DNA of 57,548 nt, the filler included, from Basidioascus undulatus (lineage: Eukaryota): the NCBI GenBank assembly GCA_000826855.1. It is 5 parts of 5 records of this genome, joined end to end, with 100 filler letters (N's around TTAATTAATTAA, not from the genome) between each part and the next. Parts side by side here need not be neighbours in the genome. Positions count along the whole stretch, not along the records: positions 11,516 to 22,961 come from JTLS01001007.1; positions 23,062 to 34,494 come from JTLS01001008.1; 3 more parts are not named here. One strand, written 5' to 3'. The notes under the pieces were generated by a model. It made no database searches. It was not told where the DNA came from and saw only the letters and a list, made by a program, of their open reading frames with translations. Shown here piece by piece: positions 11,516-24,989 of the stretch; position 1 is the first letter of the stretch, and each line of letters begins with the position of its first letter. Made by a program: the position numbers and the translations under genes.

Positions 11516-12320
11516 CGGATGTCGGTGAGGTATTGCAGGGCCTGGGGGGTGGGGGAAGGTGAGTACGGAGAGGAAGGGAGGAGAGGGGAGACGGACTCGG
11601 GATTCAGAGAGCGTGAGAGTGCGGTGCGTGGCTGTGTGGAGGAGGGAGAGCGCAGGGGAGGAGGGGTCGCTGGGGGGGATAGAGGGGTGGTCAGGATGGA
11701 AGGTGCAGGAGAGCGACGGGAAGACGCACTGTTCTGTAGTCGGAGCAGGTACTGGAGTGCCCGGCCTGGAGTATGAAATTTCGTCCCCCACCGCCCGCCA
11801 GTCATCCAGCAGCTCATCCAGCGATCTCCGACCGAGCTGTGTGCGGGTCAGCACCGCAGTCCACCGTAACCGAAGCGTGGACGACTCACGTCCTCGACCT
11901 CCCCCTGCAACAGTCTGCCCAGCGCCCAGGCCTCGCACCGGACCTCCTCCGTCCCCGTCTGGGCCTTGCTGCGTGCTAGGCGGTGTGCGTCTTGTACGGG
12001 GGCGAGGAAAGGGTTGAGGTCGAGCGTGTGGGGCGCGTAGAGGGCTATGAGTAGGTAGGCTGCTGCGAGGCGGATGAGGGGCTGTAAACATCAATTAGTG
12101 AAATGTAGACTAGAAATAATATTAAATCTGAAAGTAACAAGGCAGAACACACCGAATCTGACTGGGACTGCGCGATAGGCAGGAGGACGTCCAGCGCCGC
12201 CTGGAATCGCTGCACGTCTGGCGTCTCCCGTCTGAATCTGTCGAGCGCGTCGCTGAGTGGAGCATCGCGTGTGAGGATGTATCGCGGCCGCTGCACCCCC
12301 GGCGACGGCGAAGAGCGCAT
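11516..12320 (-). CDS. CCR4-NOT subunit 11 (CNOT11)-like, N-terminal part, truncated at contig end
   Basis: ATG at 12320: MRSSPSPGVQRPRYILTRDAPLSDALDRFRRETPDVQRFQAALDVLLPI...|...IRLAAAYLLIALYAPHTLDLNPFLAPVQDA resembles the CNOT11 N-terminal RLxAxYLLxxxYxxxPxxxNPF motif (from memory); GT-AG introns. Confidence 0.65.
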
Positions 12321-13009
12321 GAGTGTTGCACGCCAAACGACCGCCCAAATCGCCCAAAGTTGGGAGTGCGAGTCGCTCGAGCGTGGGAATTCGGGTTGAG
12401 AGAGTCGCGTCTCGAGCGCGAGCTGAGAATTGCGTATCCCTTGAGCGGGAACCATCGCCACAGGGCCGCTCGCTGGACACACAGAGTGTGTATTGAGGCG
12501 AAGGGAGGGTACAGATCGTGAGTATGCGTTTGACTGTGATCAATTGAGGAATATGTCGGATCCCGAGGCTGAATGAGATTGTGGCGGAGCAGTAGCGATC
12601 CTGCTCCCTTCGAATCGCGGCTCGCATACACTCGTATTCAACAACTGGTTCGTAATCCTCATTAATGCGCAAGGAAGAGAAGACCCGGGACTGAGTATTG
12701 GATGGGAGCAGTCCAAGAATCACATCGCATACATAAACCGCTACTCTTCCGCACTCCGCACCCCCACTCATCCTCACTTCGATCGAACGCATACACTCCC
12801 CAGACCTGGTACGAGCGTGTCTACCTTTACCTTGGCATGAATACAGGGCTTGGAGGGCGTGATCGGGCTAAGGAGCCGAGGACAACCAATGCCGACACAC
12901 GCATGATCAATCGCTGACACCCCCCTTGCCTCTGCTTCCTCTGACCACAGCAGCAACCGCCACCACCGCCTAATCCGCGCCTTTCCATAAGCTATCATCC
13001 ACACTCACC

Positions 13010-16000
13010 ATGCCCATCCCAACCCCCTCCGAGTCGACCCACCCCCTCGAAGTCGCCGCCCTGCGCGGCCCAGCCGAGCGTCTCTCCCAGACCTCCTTCG
13101 GCGTCGCCTTTGACCGGCTCGAAGCGCTCGTCTCCGCCGCGTCAAAGCAGCGCCCCTCATCCTCGTCCGACAGCACCCCCGTAGCTGCCGCTTCCTTCTA
13201 CCCGCCCGCCTGGAGCAATGGCAAGAAGCGCGCCGCGCCGACGGTGAAGGGGGAGGACGAGGAGAATGCCGACTTATGCGCCCCGGCCGCTCCGGCCGCG
13301 CCCATCCCCCTCCTCGACCACACCCTCACGCTTGACCTCGTCCCGCCGCCGCACGGGCCCAACCCGCGGCATGCCGTCTTCTTTGCGGCGCTCAAGAAGC
13401 GCGCTGCGGCCGCCTCTTCCTCCTCAGCGCTACTGACCATCGCGCTCCCGAGCGTGCACCTCGAGCCTGTCTACAAAGGCCCTGGCGGCCCGATCGTCTG
13501 CGCCGCATCCGCTCCTGGATTGGACGAGGAAGAGGAGGGGCTCTTCCAGCTCCCGGAGATGTCGGACCGCGAAGCGGGGCGCGCGCTCGAGGGGCTTGGA
13601 TTCGACCTCGACAAGTGGGAGCAGCGGAGCTGGCTTAACGCGCTCGCCGCACTGGACGCGAGCTCCGCAAAGGACCAGCGCTTGACGGTCGACGCACACC
13701 TGAGTATCGTCATCCCGCCCCCCTCGGATGTCTCGGACCCGCACGAAATCCCCTTCCAGCTCGTCCTCCGCCTTAGCGCGTCGCTCCTCCCAGCAGCGTT
13801 CGGCCTTCCGTCCTCCGCCCCGCTCCGCCTCCTCCTCACGCTCCTCTTCCCCCCGCCGGCGCCCCCCGCCGACTACCCAGGTAGCACGACGATCCCGTAC
13901 TTCTATGCGTCCCTCCGTCCCGCCCCGGCGCACCTCGCGCTCCCCGACCAGCCGCCCGAGCTCGTCCCCGACCTCCGGCCGTTCCAGCGCCGCGCGCTCG
14001 GGATGCTCATGCGCCGGGAGGAGGAGACCGCGCTGGACGCGCCTGGCTGGGTGCGCATGGGCCAGGGTGCCGCGGGGTGGTACAACGCGATTAGCGGGGA
14101 GCTGTGGGTTGGCGAAGAGGGGGAGGCGAACGATGGCCCGAAGGAGTTCGTTAGGGGCGCGCTACTGGCGGAGGAGATGGGGCTGGGCAAAGTGCGTTCG
14201 TAGCTAGCTTGGGCGAAGAGTAGGGAAGGCAAGGTCGCTGATGTGGAACGCGCGCACGCAGACGGTTGAGGTCCTGGCGCTTGTGCTCAGCAAGCTCGAG
14301 GAGAGCAGGCGCTGGGCGGAGGAGCAGAAGCTCAGGTTTAGCGAGGGAAACGTGCCGGCTGTCAAGGTGCATTTCTTTCCAACTGTCGATCCCCGCGTCA
14401 AATTAACTGTCCGCCCCCACTCGTAGGGAACCGTCATCGTCGCGCCCGCCACCCTCATCCAGCAGTGGGCCGAAGAAGCAAAGAAGCACGCTCCGACGCT
14501 CTGTCCGCCTCTCCTCCTTCTCCCCTTCATCTCCTCCCGGTCCTGACACTCCGTTACCCCCAGCCGTCCTCCTCTACGACGGCTACAAGCGCTTGGGCGA
14601 GCTGCTCGGTCCTCCTCCGGGCGTCTCGCAGTCCGTCTACGCGCACGGCGGGCGCGGGAGCGACAACGGCATGGGTAACGTTGCGGGCAGGGACAAGGGC
14701 AAGGGCAAGGCGCCCCCCAAGCTACAGCTCACTGCGGCCCAGCGGCGGAAGCGCGCGCGGCTGCGGGCGGAGCACGGGCTGCCGGAGGAGGATGAGGATG
14801 GGCAGGGCGCCGAGGCGGACGGCGACGACGAGGACGAGATGTTCAACCGCGTGCAGGCGTTCTTGGGGACGTTCGATCTGGTCATTACTACTTATGCGGT
14901 GCTGCAGGCGGACTTGAACGTGCGTGTTTCTTTACGTTCCATCTTTCCGTCGGGTCTGGACGCTGAAGGTTGGGCTGGTGGCGCGTTCAGGTTGCACGCC
15001 CCCCGAAGCGCCGCTCGAGGCGCGATGGAGTCGAGTACCGCGAGGTGAGCGATTCGCTGGCTTCGAGGCCTTGGGAGGCAAGGGATGTGTGTTGACCTTC
15101 TGATATGACAGCTTGAACGTCCACGCTCTCCCCTCGTGCAGGTCCAGTGGTACCGCGCCGTCGAGGACGAGATCCAGGTTCGCGACCAGTGCTGTTTCGA
15201 TACGTTCTCGCCGCACTGACTTTTGAGTTACGTTCGCTTGCAGCTCGCGGGCGTCGGGAAGGCCGCGGAGATGATGTCGGTGCGTCTTGCGATCCCGGTC
15301 AATAGAAATGCCGTGCATGAACTGATTGATGAGCTCTGACTGTGCAGCTCATTCCCCGATACGCGTCGTTCGCCGTCTCTGGCACGCCGGTCAAGGCTGC
15401 ACTTTCGCAGCTGCGGCCTGTCCTCCAGTGCGCCCTCCCTTTCATAATTCTCCTCAGGTCTGTCCGTCTGATCTGGATCGGACTACGCTGCAGATTCCTC
15501 GGCCTCCGCTCGATCACCTACAACGAGCGTATCTTCGCACGCCTCTTTCTCCCCGGCTTCGCATCGAACTTCGTCTCGCTCCTCCGTGCGCTCGCGATCC
15601 GCACCACCAAGGCGCAAGTCGCGGACGAGCTCGCCATTCCCCCGCAGCGGAGGGTTGTCGTCCCACTCATGGCGAACGCTGTGGAGAAGACCTATGCGGA
15701 CGACGAGTGTATGACTCCCCTTCTTTAAAGGGCTGCGTGTGAAATTGTGCTGATGATGGGTGGGTGTCATGGGCAGTCCGCAAGGCGCTCTTGGAGCTCG
15801 GGATCGATGAGCAGGGCCAGCCCGTCGAGGGGAACGATGACCCGGAGATCGACATCGTCAAGCTCCGCAACTGCGTTGCGAAGCTCAGGCAGATCTGCAC
15901 GAACGTGCGTAGACCTCATGCTCATCACTCTGTGATAAGCGTAGTGATTCCAGTGTCCACTCTTTGGCAGCCCAACGTCGCTGCTGGCGTTCGCGAGCGC

Positions 16001-19000
16001 ATGGGAGCCAACTTTCGCTCGGTTGAGCAGGTGCTGGAGTTCATGGTCGAGGTGCGATATATTTCTCACGCAGCGTTAGACGGGTCTGTATACTGATCCT
16101 GTGTGTGCGGGCAGACAAACAACTCAACAATCTCTACCGAGGAGCGCAACTACGTAAGTCACGTCGCTTTGACCCGTAGCATTGACAGTCTAGCTCACGC
16201 GATGCGGACAAAAGTTCACGAGCCGCATCCGCCACGCGCGTCTCCTTCAAGTCGGTGAGGCGCCAAAGCTAAACGAGTCGCGCGACATGCTCCGCGCAAC
16301 GCTTGAGCTCGTCACCAAAGTCGTCGACGAAGTGCGTAAGGAGATTGTCGAGCACGCTGCGATCGCGCCGCCGCCGCGGCCGAAGAAGAGCGAGGACGAC
16401 GACAAGGGCAAAGGCAAGGGCCAGGCGCACGGACGCGCCGACACGCCGTCGAGCGATGCCGAGGAGGATGTCGAGGAGACGCCCGTGGAGGCGGCGAAAC
16501 GCAAGGCGCACGGCGTGCACATGGGCGCACTCCAGAATCGCCTTCGGGATTTCATCATGACACAACATCAGATCAACGTGCGTATGTTGTCGGACCTCAG
16601 CTGTTCCGTTCGGTAGTGTTGACACGGGCTTGGGCAGTTCTTCCTCGGCGACATTGGTCACGTCACCGGCAGGCAGCAGGAGGAGACGGAGGGCTATGAT
16701 GCGGCTGAGGTCCAGCGTGGGGAGTACTTGAGGAGTACGTACCGAACATCTCCACCTGCCGAGTCCGGACGGTTTCTGATAACAGACATGTGTTCTACAG
16801 AGACGAAGGAGGACGCCGCGGCCATGCACGAGAAGATGACGGCGCACATAGCGCGCAAGGGCCTCCAGTTCGAAGACCTCGAAGTCGGCTACTGCGGCAA
16901 GCCTGGCGTGGCATCCGCTGACCTTGTCCGTGCTGCTCTTCGAAACCCCTACACCAGTCATTTGCTGATGGATGTCTCCGCCGGGCTGCAGTTCGAGCAA
17001 GCGGACGACACGGTCGACAAGATCAACCAGAACGCCGAGATGATCTGGGACCTCCGCACCAAAATCTTTGAGGGCCTCTCGCGTCCGCTCCAGCGGGATC
17101 TAGAGGACGAGAACGCGGCGCAGGCGTACGAGGAGGACGCTCAGGTATGTCGGCGTCAGACATTGGTCAGCACGACGATGCTGATTGCGGGGAGTGCTGC
17201 AGGTTCAAGGCGACCTTGACGTCCAGATCAACGCACTCGAAGGCATCCTCATAGACCGCAAAGAAGCTCTCGGCAAGTTCAGAATCTGACCTGATCACGT
17301 CGTTCTTAGGCCTGACTACTTCCTTTTCTCCAGGTCTGACTGAGTAAGTGCATTAACAATATCTTACTCATACGAAGCCCGACTTAACCCCATGTGCACT
17401 TGTCAGGCGCACCCTGGTCACTTCCCGCATCGCGCCCGAGAAGCGCAAGGCAAACAAGGCCGTGCGGGCGCGCGCTGAGCTCTGGGAAGACACGGACGAG
17501 GAAGTGCAGCTCGTGTCGATGGGTGGAGAACGTGAGTCGTCTGCATTGGTCAGGACTCCGCAGAATTCTGACCCCCCGCGACGGTGATTGTGCAGTCGAG
17601 CCGGAGCAGGCTGCTCTCAAGCAGACGGTCGGTGTTTGTCCTCGTCTTGGGAGAGTTCGGAGGGTGAATGCTGATGGTGATGCTGGCTTGCAGCTGCTCG
17701 AGCAACGCAAGAAAATCAAGCTCGGCAAGAACGAGAATGGGGACGAGGAGAGGCAGCTCAACCTCGTTGCGGCCGATCTCAAGGCGGTCGCGGATCGCAC
17801 GACCCTCCCAGCGGAATACGAGATCAGCCACAAGGAGGCGTCGCGCCTCAAAAAAGTTATCGACGACCAGAGTGCGTGGCGTGGCCTAATTGCCGCAGTT
17901 CTATAGTCTTCTGACCACGGGTTCCTCTCACATAGAGGCGCTGGTGGCCAAACTCGACCGCGAGCTCAAGATCTTCATGAAAACGTTCAATTCCCGCATC
18001 GAATACTTCCGGTGCCTGCTTGATAGCTTCCTGCAGCGTTCCCACCCGAGATGCTAATCGCGGTGCGCGGGAACACAGTCAGCTCCAAGAGCTGTCGGAC
18101 AGCGTCACGCCTCTTGAGTACAACGAGAGGGATGTCGCGGGCGAGATCGATCGCTGCGTGCAGGATGAGGAGCGCCTCTTTGTTGTGCGTTGTTTTGACC
18201 ACTAAGTGCCGTCATGTCGCTTGTGCTCATACATGCGGCTTCACAGCGCCTCAACACCCTCCGCGCCAAGAAGAGTGAGATCTGCCGATTGACGTCCTGG
18301 CATACCAGGTGCTGACGGGCAGGATTCGGCAGACTACCTCTCGCACCTTGCGAAGGATCACGACGAGGACGACGAGGAAGCGCGAGAGTGCCAGTACGTC
18401 CCGCGTGGCGAAACACACGTGTTTCCTCAATAACGCATTGTTTGTTTCCTTGTAGCATCTGTCGTTGCGACTTCAAGGTCGGGGTCATCAGCGGATGCGC
18501 GCACGTCTTGTGCGAAGTACGCCGGTCATCCGTTCGCTTCGTGGTACCTGCCATCCTGACAAATCGTACTGGGCAGGCATGCTTTACCGACTGGACGAAG
18601 AGGTCGAAGGAGTGCCCGAGTGCGTCTCATGCAGCGTTGCGGTAGCTGCGAACTTTGCAGGGCATGCTGACTTGGACTTGACAGTCTGCCGCTCTCGCCT
18701 CGACCCGGCGGCATGCCACCGCATCACCTTCAACAGGGCGGACGAGGAGGAGAGGCTTGCAGCGAAGCCTTCCGGCGAGCGCGAGCGCCCCGAGTACAAC
18801 GCCATCACGCAACTGGAAATGGACAAGATCATGGCGCAACCGCTGTTCCAGGGCGGATTCGGCACAAAGGTACGTTCGCCGGGTTCACATTTCCGGATGA
18901 TCCTGTCGCTGACGCACAAGCTCATCCCTTCAGATCGACTTCCTGTGTCGACAACTACTCTTGCTTCGCGAGCAAGGGGGAACTAAGTCAATAATTTTTG

Positions 19001-20031
19001 CCTCGTGGGTTGCTGCACTTGACGGTCCGTTATTTCGTCTTTTAGAAAGACCTTCGTGACGTTTTGCAAGCTTTTTTCCTGACTCTCGCTTGCAGTCATT
19101 GCCCGGGCGCTCAACGCCAACGGAATCAAGTTCGTTCGTCTCGGTAGCGGCAAGGATAAGGATGTGGCGAAGCGCTTCACGACGGACGACACGGTCGAAG
19201 TCTTCCTTCTCCACGGCGAGACGCAGAGCAGCGGATTGAATCTGTGCGATACTCCCTTGTATTCTTACTTTCAGGAAGTTGACTGACTCGCCCTTGTCGC
19301 ACTGTCGCAGCACCGTCGCGACCAACATCATCTTCGTCGACCCCGTCCTCGCACCGTCCATCGAACTGCAGGCCGTGGGCCGGATCTCGCGGATCAGCCA
19401 GAAGAATGAGACGACTGTCTTTGCGTACTACGTGAGTGCGGTCCGGGAGCGCTTGAATGAACGCGGAACACTGACTTGCGGAACCGCCACAGATCCAAGG
19501 CGCCATCGATGAGAACGTCCTGGAGCTCGCGGCGCATAGGTAGGCCTCTAATCGTTTCCGATTTCAAACCGTTTTCACTGGTTTAACTGTTCGTTTGCGA
19601 CACAGGGGTACTTCGATCTACGTCAGTCCCAGTCTCTTTGGAGTAACCACCTCCTCTAGGTGCTCACAACCTCGCCTTCGTTGTCCCGCAGGCCAAGTCT
19701 CGCAACGCCGGAGTACACGCCCTCTCCGCGGACGCATACGGCGATGAAGCTGGCAAGCAGAAGGCTGGAGACAAGGGCGACTTTATCGCGAAAGGTGTGT
19801 GACTGGTTGGCCGCTCAAGATGACGAATTGGCTGACCTTTTCATAACTCCTTGTGCTGCAGTCGACGATCTATTTGCCTTAATCCTTCCCAACATCCACA
19901 TGCCGCGCTCTCGGCGAGTGTCGCCTCCCCTCAATGGCGGAGCGGGCGCAGACGCCATGGAGATCGACGACGACGCTGCAGTCGCATCCACATTGCGGCG
20001 GGCGATCGCCGGGCCTTCGTCTCGCTCTTGA
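13010..20031 (+). CDS. SHPRH/Irc20-like SNF2-family ATPase with RING E3 ligase domain (many introns)
   Basis: LRPFQRRALGML (Q motif), GALLAEEMGLGK|TVEVLALV (Walker A), GTVIVAPATLIQQW, DLVITTYAVLQADL, RSPLVQVQWYRAVEDEIQ (Walker B), FAVSGTP, long helical insert, FNSRIEYFR|QLQELSDSV, RING CHICRCDFKVGVISGCAHVLCE|ACFTDW...CP|VCR, FLLHGETQSSGLNL|TVATNIIFVDPVLAPSIELQAVGRISRISQ. Confidence 0.9.
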
Positions 20032-22509
20032 AAGCGGTTGGGAGACATTATCATGAACACTCTACTGTACTTTACCTCTCTCGTCGTCCTTCTTGCCGCT
20101 TGCGTTCCCGTTGTACTTCTTGATCCCCTCTTTCCGCATAGCATCGCAGTCGCTCTTGATGTACCGTCTTGATGTACCGTAGAACATCCCTTTCACACGC
20201 GCCAGCTGTTGTCGCGCTTTTATGTGCAGTCTTGTTTTCTGGAACAGATTCCAGGAAAGACGTTCGAGAGCGAGGTGTCGTGTTCGGCAGAAACGTCTTC
20301 AATGCTGGACCGCGGAGTTGAGTGTTTCTCGTGACAGCCTGGAGCTCAGCCCAACGGACATTATCTCTCTGAGCCCCTCATTTTCCTATCTTCATTGTTG
20401 TCAAGCAAGCAAATGGGAAAGTCGGAACGCATGAACTGCCACGATTGCTTTCCTGCTTTGAGAATGAGGCCGCATGACATAGAGCGGTCGGGAGGCGCGC
20501 CTTTCCCGCTTCTTGTCGTCAGGCATTCAGCCCCTGTTATTAGCTACTCGTGTGATTCGTCGGTGAGCGGTAGGCGGCAAGCCGTTAGCGCTGGCCAACA
20601 GGCTGTCTATGGCGCAGTCGTAGTCCTTTCACAGACTCCATCGTATCGGGATCCTCCTTTTCAGTGAATTCACGTTTCGAGGCTCTCCGTATTAAGGCCT
20701 TCACGAGGGGAAGCGACAGAGGGTAACTTGATTCAATAGGCCAGCGCAGCTCGATGGGGGCGTCCGCGCGCGCCTGGCCGAGGCCGATCCTGAAGCATAG
20801 TACACCCATGAAACTCGAACCATGTTGTTTGTGGGCGTGCGGGTTGTGGCTTGTCTAGGGTGCGGTACGTATACAATCGGCAGCAGGCCCGCTTCCAAAG
20901 TGATGCAAATGATGCATGCGAAACCACTTACAAGCACCACCTTTGCCGACAAGAGATCCTCCGCCCCCACCGAGCGTCTCTGCCTACGCCTTCCCCGCCA
21001 GCCTGTACTTCTTGCACCACTGTGTCACAAGCGGATAGTGAGCAACTCGTCAACCCAAACGACAGGAAGTCAGCAGGGGGCTTACATTATGGTGGCTCGG
21101 CCAGTCCTGCGTCTGGTGTTCCGCCCCACAGTACGCCGCCCCCATGCAGGATTTGCACGACGGTGTGCACGATACGCTACAGACCTCGCTCAAAGGATTT
21201 ACGTATGTGACATCGTCGACGTACTACCAGAAGGCGTCCAGGAGGCTACTGCCGAGCCCAAGCCGCTAAGCGTTGCGGTGAGCATGGGCGGGAGCAGGCT
21301 GCTGAAAAACTGGGCGAGCTCTTTGCCAGATGTGCCGAGACGGCAATGGCGCACGAAGAGCCTCGAAGAGTCATCAGGCCGGGGAGGAGGGCGCAGGCCT
21401 GTCACCCTGGAAAACTGCAAGTGGATGGGGACCAAACCCTGAGCGCCGCTCATGAACAACTGCATCTGTGGAGGAAGTTCGTAATACGCCCGAGGCTTCC
21501 GATTGTTCGTCTGGGCAACCGACTTGGCCTGACTGGCCTGCGTAACCGTGATGGTTCCAGCCTTCGAATGGAGCCACAGCGCGTCGGCTGGGAGTGCATC
21601 GGGATGGACACACCGATGTCTAGATACGTCCCTAGGGGAGATCCGACATGGTGTTTCCGAACGCTCTCTTGAACCCCTCCTAAACAACGTTGCGGTCGGG
21701 GGGGAGGAGGCAGCAGGTATTTCGATCGACGTTGCCGATGAGAAGAGAACCTCGATGTGTGTCTCTTCGAATGCGCCCCCATCGGTGTCGCCCAAGACCT
21801 CCTGCAGCACCTTAGGGGGAATAGAAGACTCGACGGGGTAACAAATGAGTGCGAAACGCTTCATGGCGATGTTTGAAACTGCGGCGACGATCTTGGGGCT
21901 GGCAGAAGCCCTCGACGCACAGGCCGCGGGTGGGAGAAGCTGGATCGACGCTCGCAGCGCAGGACGACCAAACGGCCTGGTACCCCTTCAGAGAGAAGTT
22001 GATGTGCGCTAGTTTGCCGCACCACCGGACCGTCGGTGTTCTGTGTGCGAACTTCGAAGACCATGGCGAGATAGCGAATGAAACGGGCAAAGCGAAGCGA
22101 GCGATTTAGTCTGGGTTGAGCGAGTGAGGGCGACGAAAAGCTGTAATTTGCGATGGGGGCAGTAGCTTTGTCCGCGATTTCCGACTGCACGCGTAGTAGA
22201 TACAAAAGATTCGAGAACCGACCACTAGCTGTGTGTGTGCAATAATGCAATTTGGCAACGCCTTTCCCTTTTCAACAACGCAAAGAGCGTGAGTATTCCG
22301 AGTGCCTACAACATTCGAGGCAAGCGATAAGAAACCAAATAGGTTGAAAGAGCCATGCATAAACCCGGGAATGTGCATGAATTATTGGAAGTGGGAGTGT
22401 GAAGAGGTAGACCCATATGTAGATATCAGGAATTCTTAGAAGTAAGATGAAATGGTAAAGCGAAAGGCAGGGTACATCGAGGTCAAAGCGGTCGGCGCTG
22501 TAAGAACAC

Positions 22510-22905
22510 CTACGCGACGGTGAGGCTGACGAGGAGCTCAACAGCCGCGTCGGTGAGGACGAGGACGTTGCCGAAGCTGTCGGATGAGTTCGGGAAAGTC
22601 AGCCGTGGTGGGATTGGAAACTTTCCTGGGAAAGATCTGAATTTAGCCAAAACAGGACGTACGCATCGCGGCAGACGCCGTCGGGACCCTGGTGAAGACG
22701 CCGTTGAGGATATTGATGAGGACGAAGACGTCGAGCTCAATGCCGGTGCTGTGGGTAAAAAGCGTGGTTTTCTAAGTTCAAGAAGATCAGAAGGAGCTCA
22801 GGTCAGACGTACACCCTGTCGCACCACGTGCCGACAGCGTTCCGGACGCAGTGAAGCTGCAAGACGGCGACGATGGCGGTGAGGTCGATCAGAGTGCCGG
22901 ACCTG
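22510..22905 (-). CDS. 3' exons of an unidentified gene, truncated at contig end
   Basis: Three short exons bounded by GT-AG: ...TLIDLTAIVAVLQLHCVRNAVGTWCDR, GIELDVFVLINILNGVFTRVPTASAA, SDSFGNVLVLTDAAVELLVSLTVA; no family recognised. Confidence 0.4.
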
Positions 22906-22961
22906 GGGAGCCAGAAAATTACAAGCGAGGAATGTGCAGGCAGAAAACATAGAAAACACTG

Positions 22962-23061
22962 NNNNNNNNNNNNNNNNNNNNNNNNNNNNNNNNNNNNNNN
23001 NNNNNTTAATTAATTAANNNNNNNNNNNNNNNNNNNNNNNNNNNNNNNNNNNNNNNNNNNN
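22962..23061. other. Artificial 100-bp contig linker
   Basis: N-run/TTAATTAATTAA/N-run. Confidence 0.97.
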
Positions 23062-23632
23062 GTGTTGATCGAATGAGGGAAGCGATGGGAGGCGATGGTG
23101 ACCGGGGGGGCGTTTCGGGGCGTGAGGATGGTGAGAGGATATGTGGCTGGGAGGAAGCGGTAGAGGAGAATGAAGTCGATCGAGCGGATTTGGGTGCGGG
23201 CGGGGGGAGCGGAAACTCGTTCGACAGGGCGAGTAACTCGTCCTCGTCCGCGGGGAACACGACGCCGAAGCCCAGGCCGACGGGCTGAGGCTCAGCATCT
23301 TTGGGAGGAGGAAGAGGTGGTAACGGTTCGTTGGGGGGTAAACTGGGTGGTCGGGATGCAGGCGTGCTGGCGAGACTGCGCGAGGAGCGATACGCCGTGG
23401 GCGGTTGCAGTGGCATCGGCGCTTCGGCCTCCCGCTCGGCCAAGAACGACGCGCTGAGCGCCAGCGCCGACGCGCGACGGCGCATGGGGTACATGTCAAA
23501 GTATGACCCGCTTGGTACGCGGCCGCTGCTCGCGCCCGAGGCCCATGAGGGCGTCGCTGATCCCGGCGAGGGCAGGGGCGGCAGCGGGTCGGTCGGCGGG
23601 CGTGAAGGGTCGAAGCCTGGTGTCGTTGCCAT
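23062..23632 (-). CDS. Pro/Ser-rich N-terminus of an unidentified protein, truncated at contig end
   Basis: Open from ATG 23632 (MATTPGFDPSRPPTDPLPPLPSP...PPNEPLPPLPPP...EFPLPPPAP) to the linker; host-like GC-rich codons; repeated PxxP motifs. Confidence 0.6.
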
Positions 23633-24989
23633 CGCCGCGCTCGTCGCTGGGGATGGGAACAATTAGGGGAATGATAACGCGCATGGGCCGGACGATGCTG
23701 AAAAGATTATCGCGCCCGGTGGCGCACACGACGGCGGAGGCCAACAAAGGGCGACCGCAAGGGCGAACGCGACGCCTGCTGGGCTGGAGGCCCAAGCGGC
23801 CTGTCTCATGGATCGTCCCGCTGTTGTGGCTGCCGACGCGGTTGTCTCAGTCGCGTAATTTAAACCATGCGTCGGTGATGACGCGGTCAACATACCCTGA
23901 CATCGTATGTGCAATTTTTTGGACAAGATGTATAGCAGTTTTTCATCAAGAAAGCGCACGCGTCGGACAGGAAGCACCTTAGCAACCAAGGAGGACCACG
24001 TGCGGCCCGCCCCCTAGGACCGCACCGACGACCGTGGCGCACTGACATCCGTCTGCTTGCCAAAAGTGGTGGCCCGCTCTGAAAATAAACCCAAGCTGAA
24101 GACATCTGTCTCGAAACACCACTTTCCTAGCGAGCCTCTGACGGTCATCAGCACCTGAAGCGACCTCTGAATGCGCGGCGGCGCTGATCCACAATGCCGT
24201 CGACAACTCGGAGGTCCGGCGCGGCGTCGGCTGCGTCTTCACCGCAAGCCCCTGCCTGTCCTGGCAAAGTTTCTTGGACAGGAGTACGCTCAACCATTCT
24301 AAGTCTTTGAATGTTCGAGTTTCTAACACCACTCCGAACTTTGGTTACTGCACTGACGTGCCGGCGACTCTCGTACTGTTGGCAGAAACAAAGCAAATTT
24401 TCTGCTTTGGCACGAGGAGAAACTGCGCTCTCAATCCTTCGGAGGCACCCGATAAAGACTTCGCCAACTCTTGGGCGCCTGAAATAAATAATACGCAGGT
24501 GCTCAGCGAAAGCAACGGCGAACGCAGCTCTGAAACAACCCGGTAGGCAATATCAGGAGTCGGCGGTCCAGACTTCGCTGTAAGCTGGCACGCAGCGCAC
24601 AGCACCTGCGTCCTCACCGTCACGACCAGGGCAGGCCACGACTCTACAAATTAAATGATGAGTAGGTTTGGTGCGGACCCACAAAAATTTACACAGTGCG
24701 TGTCGAACCTTGCCCGTGCGGTGCCGACCCAGCAAAGTCGAGGCACATTGTTGCAGCGTCTACGGCCGCCCGCTTGTCTACGCGTGCAGTCAGAGCGTGA
24801 ACCACAAACAGTCATTGTAAATGATGAGAAATGCTATCAGTCATGTAGTACAACATGGTATATGCGAAGAACATAGATGCGCGCGAGAGCCCAAAGAATC
24901 GCGAAATGCTACAACAGGAAAAAATGCGAGAGAAAGCCACAATCCGAAAGCAAAAGAAAAGTCACATCCTTCCCCTCCTAAACTCCTAA

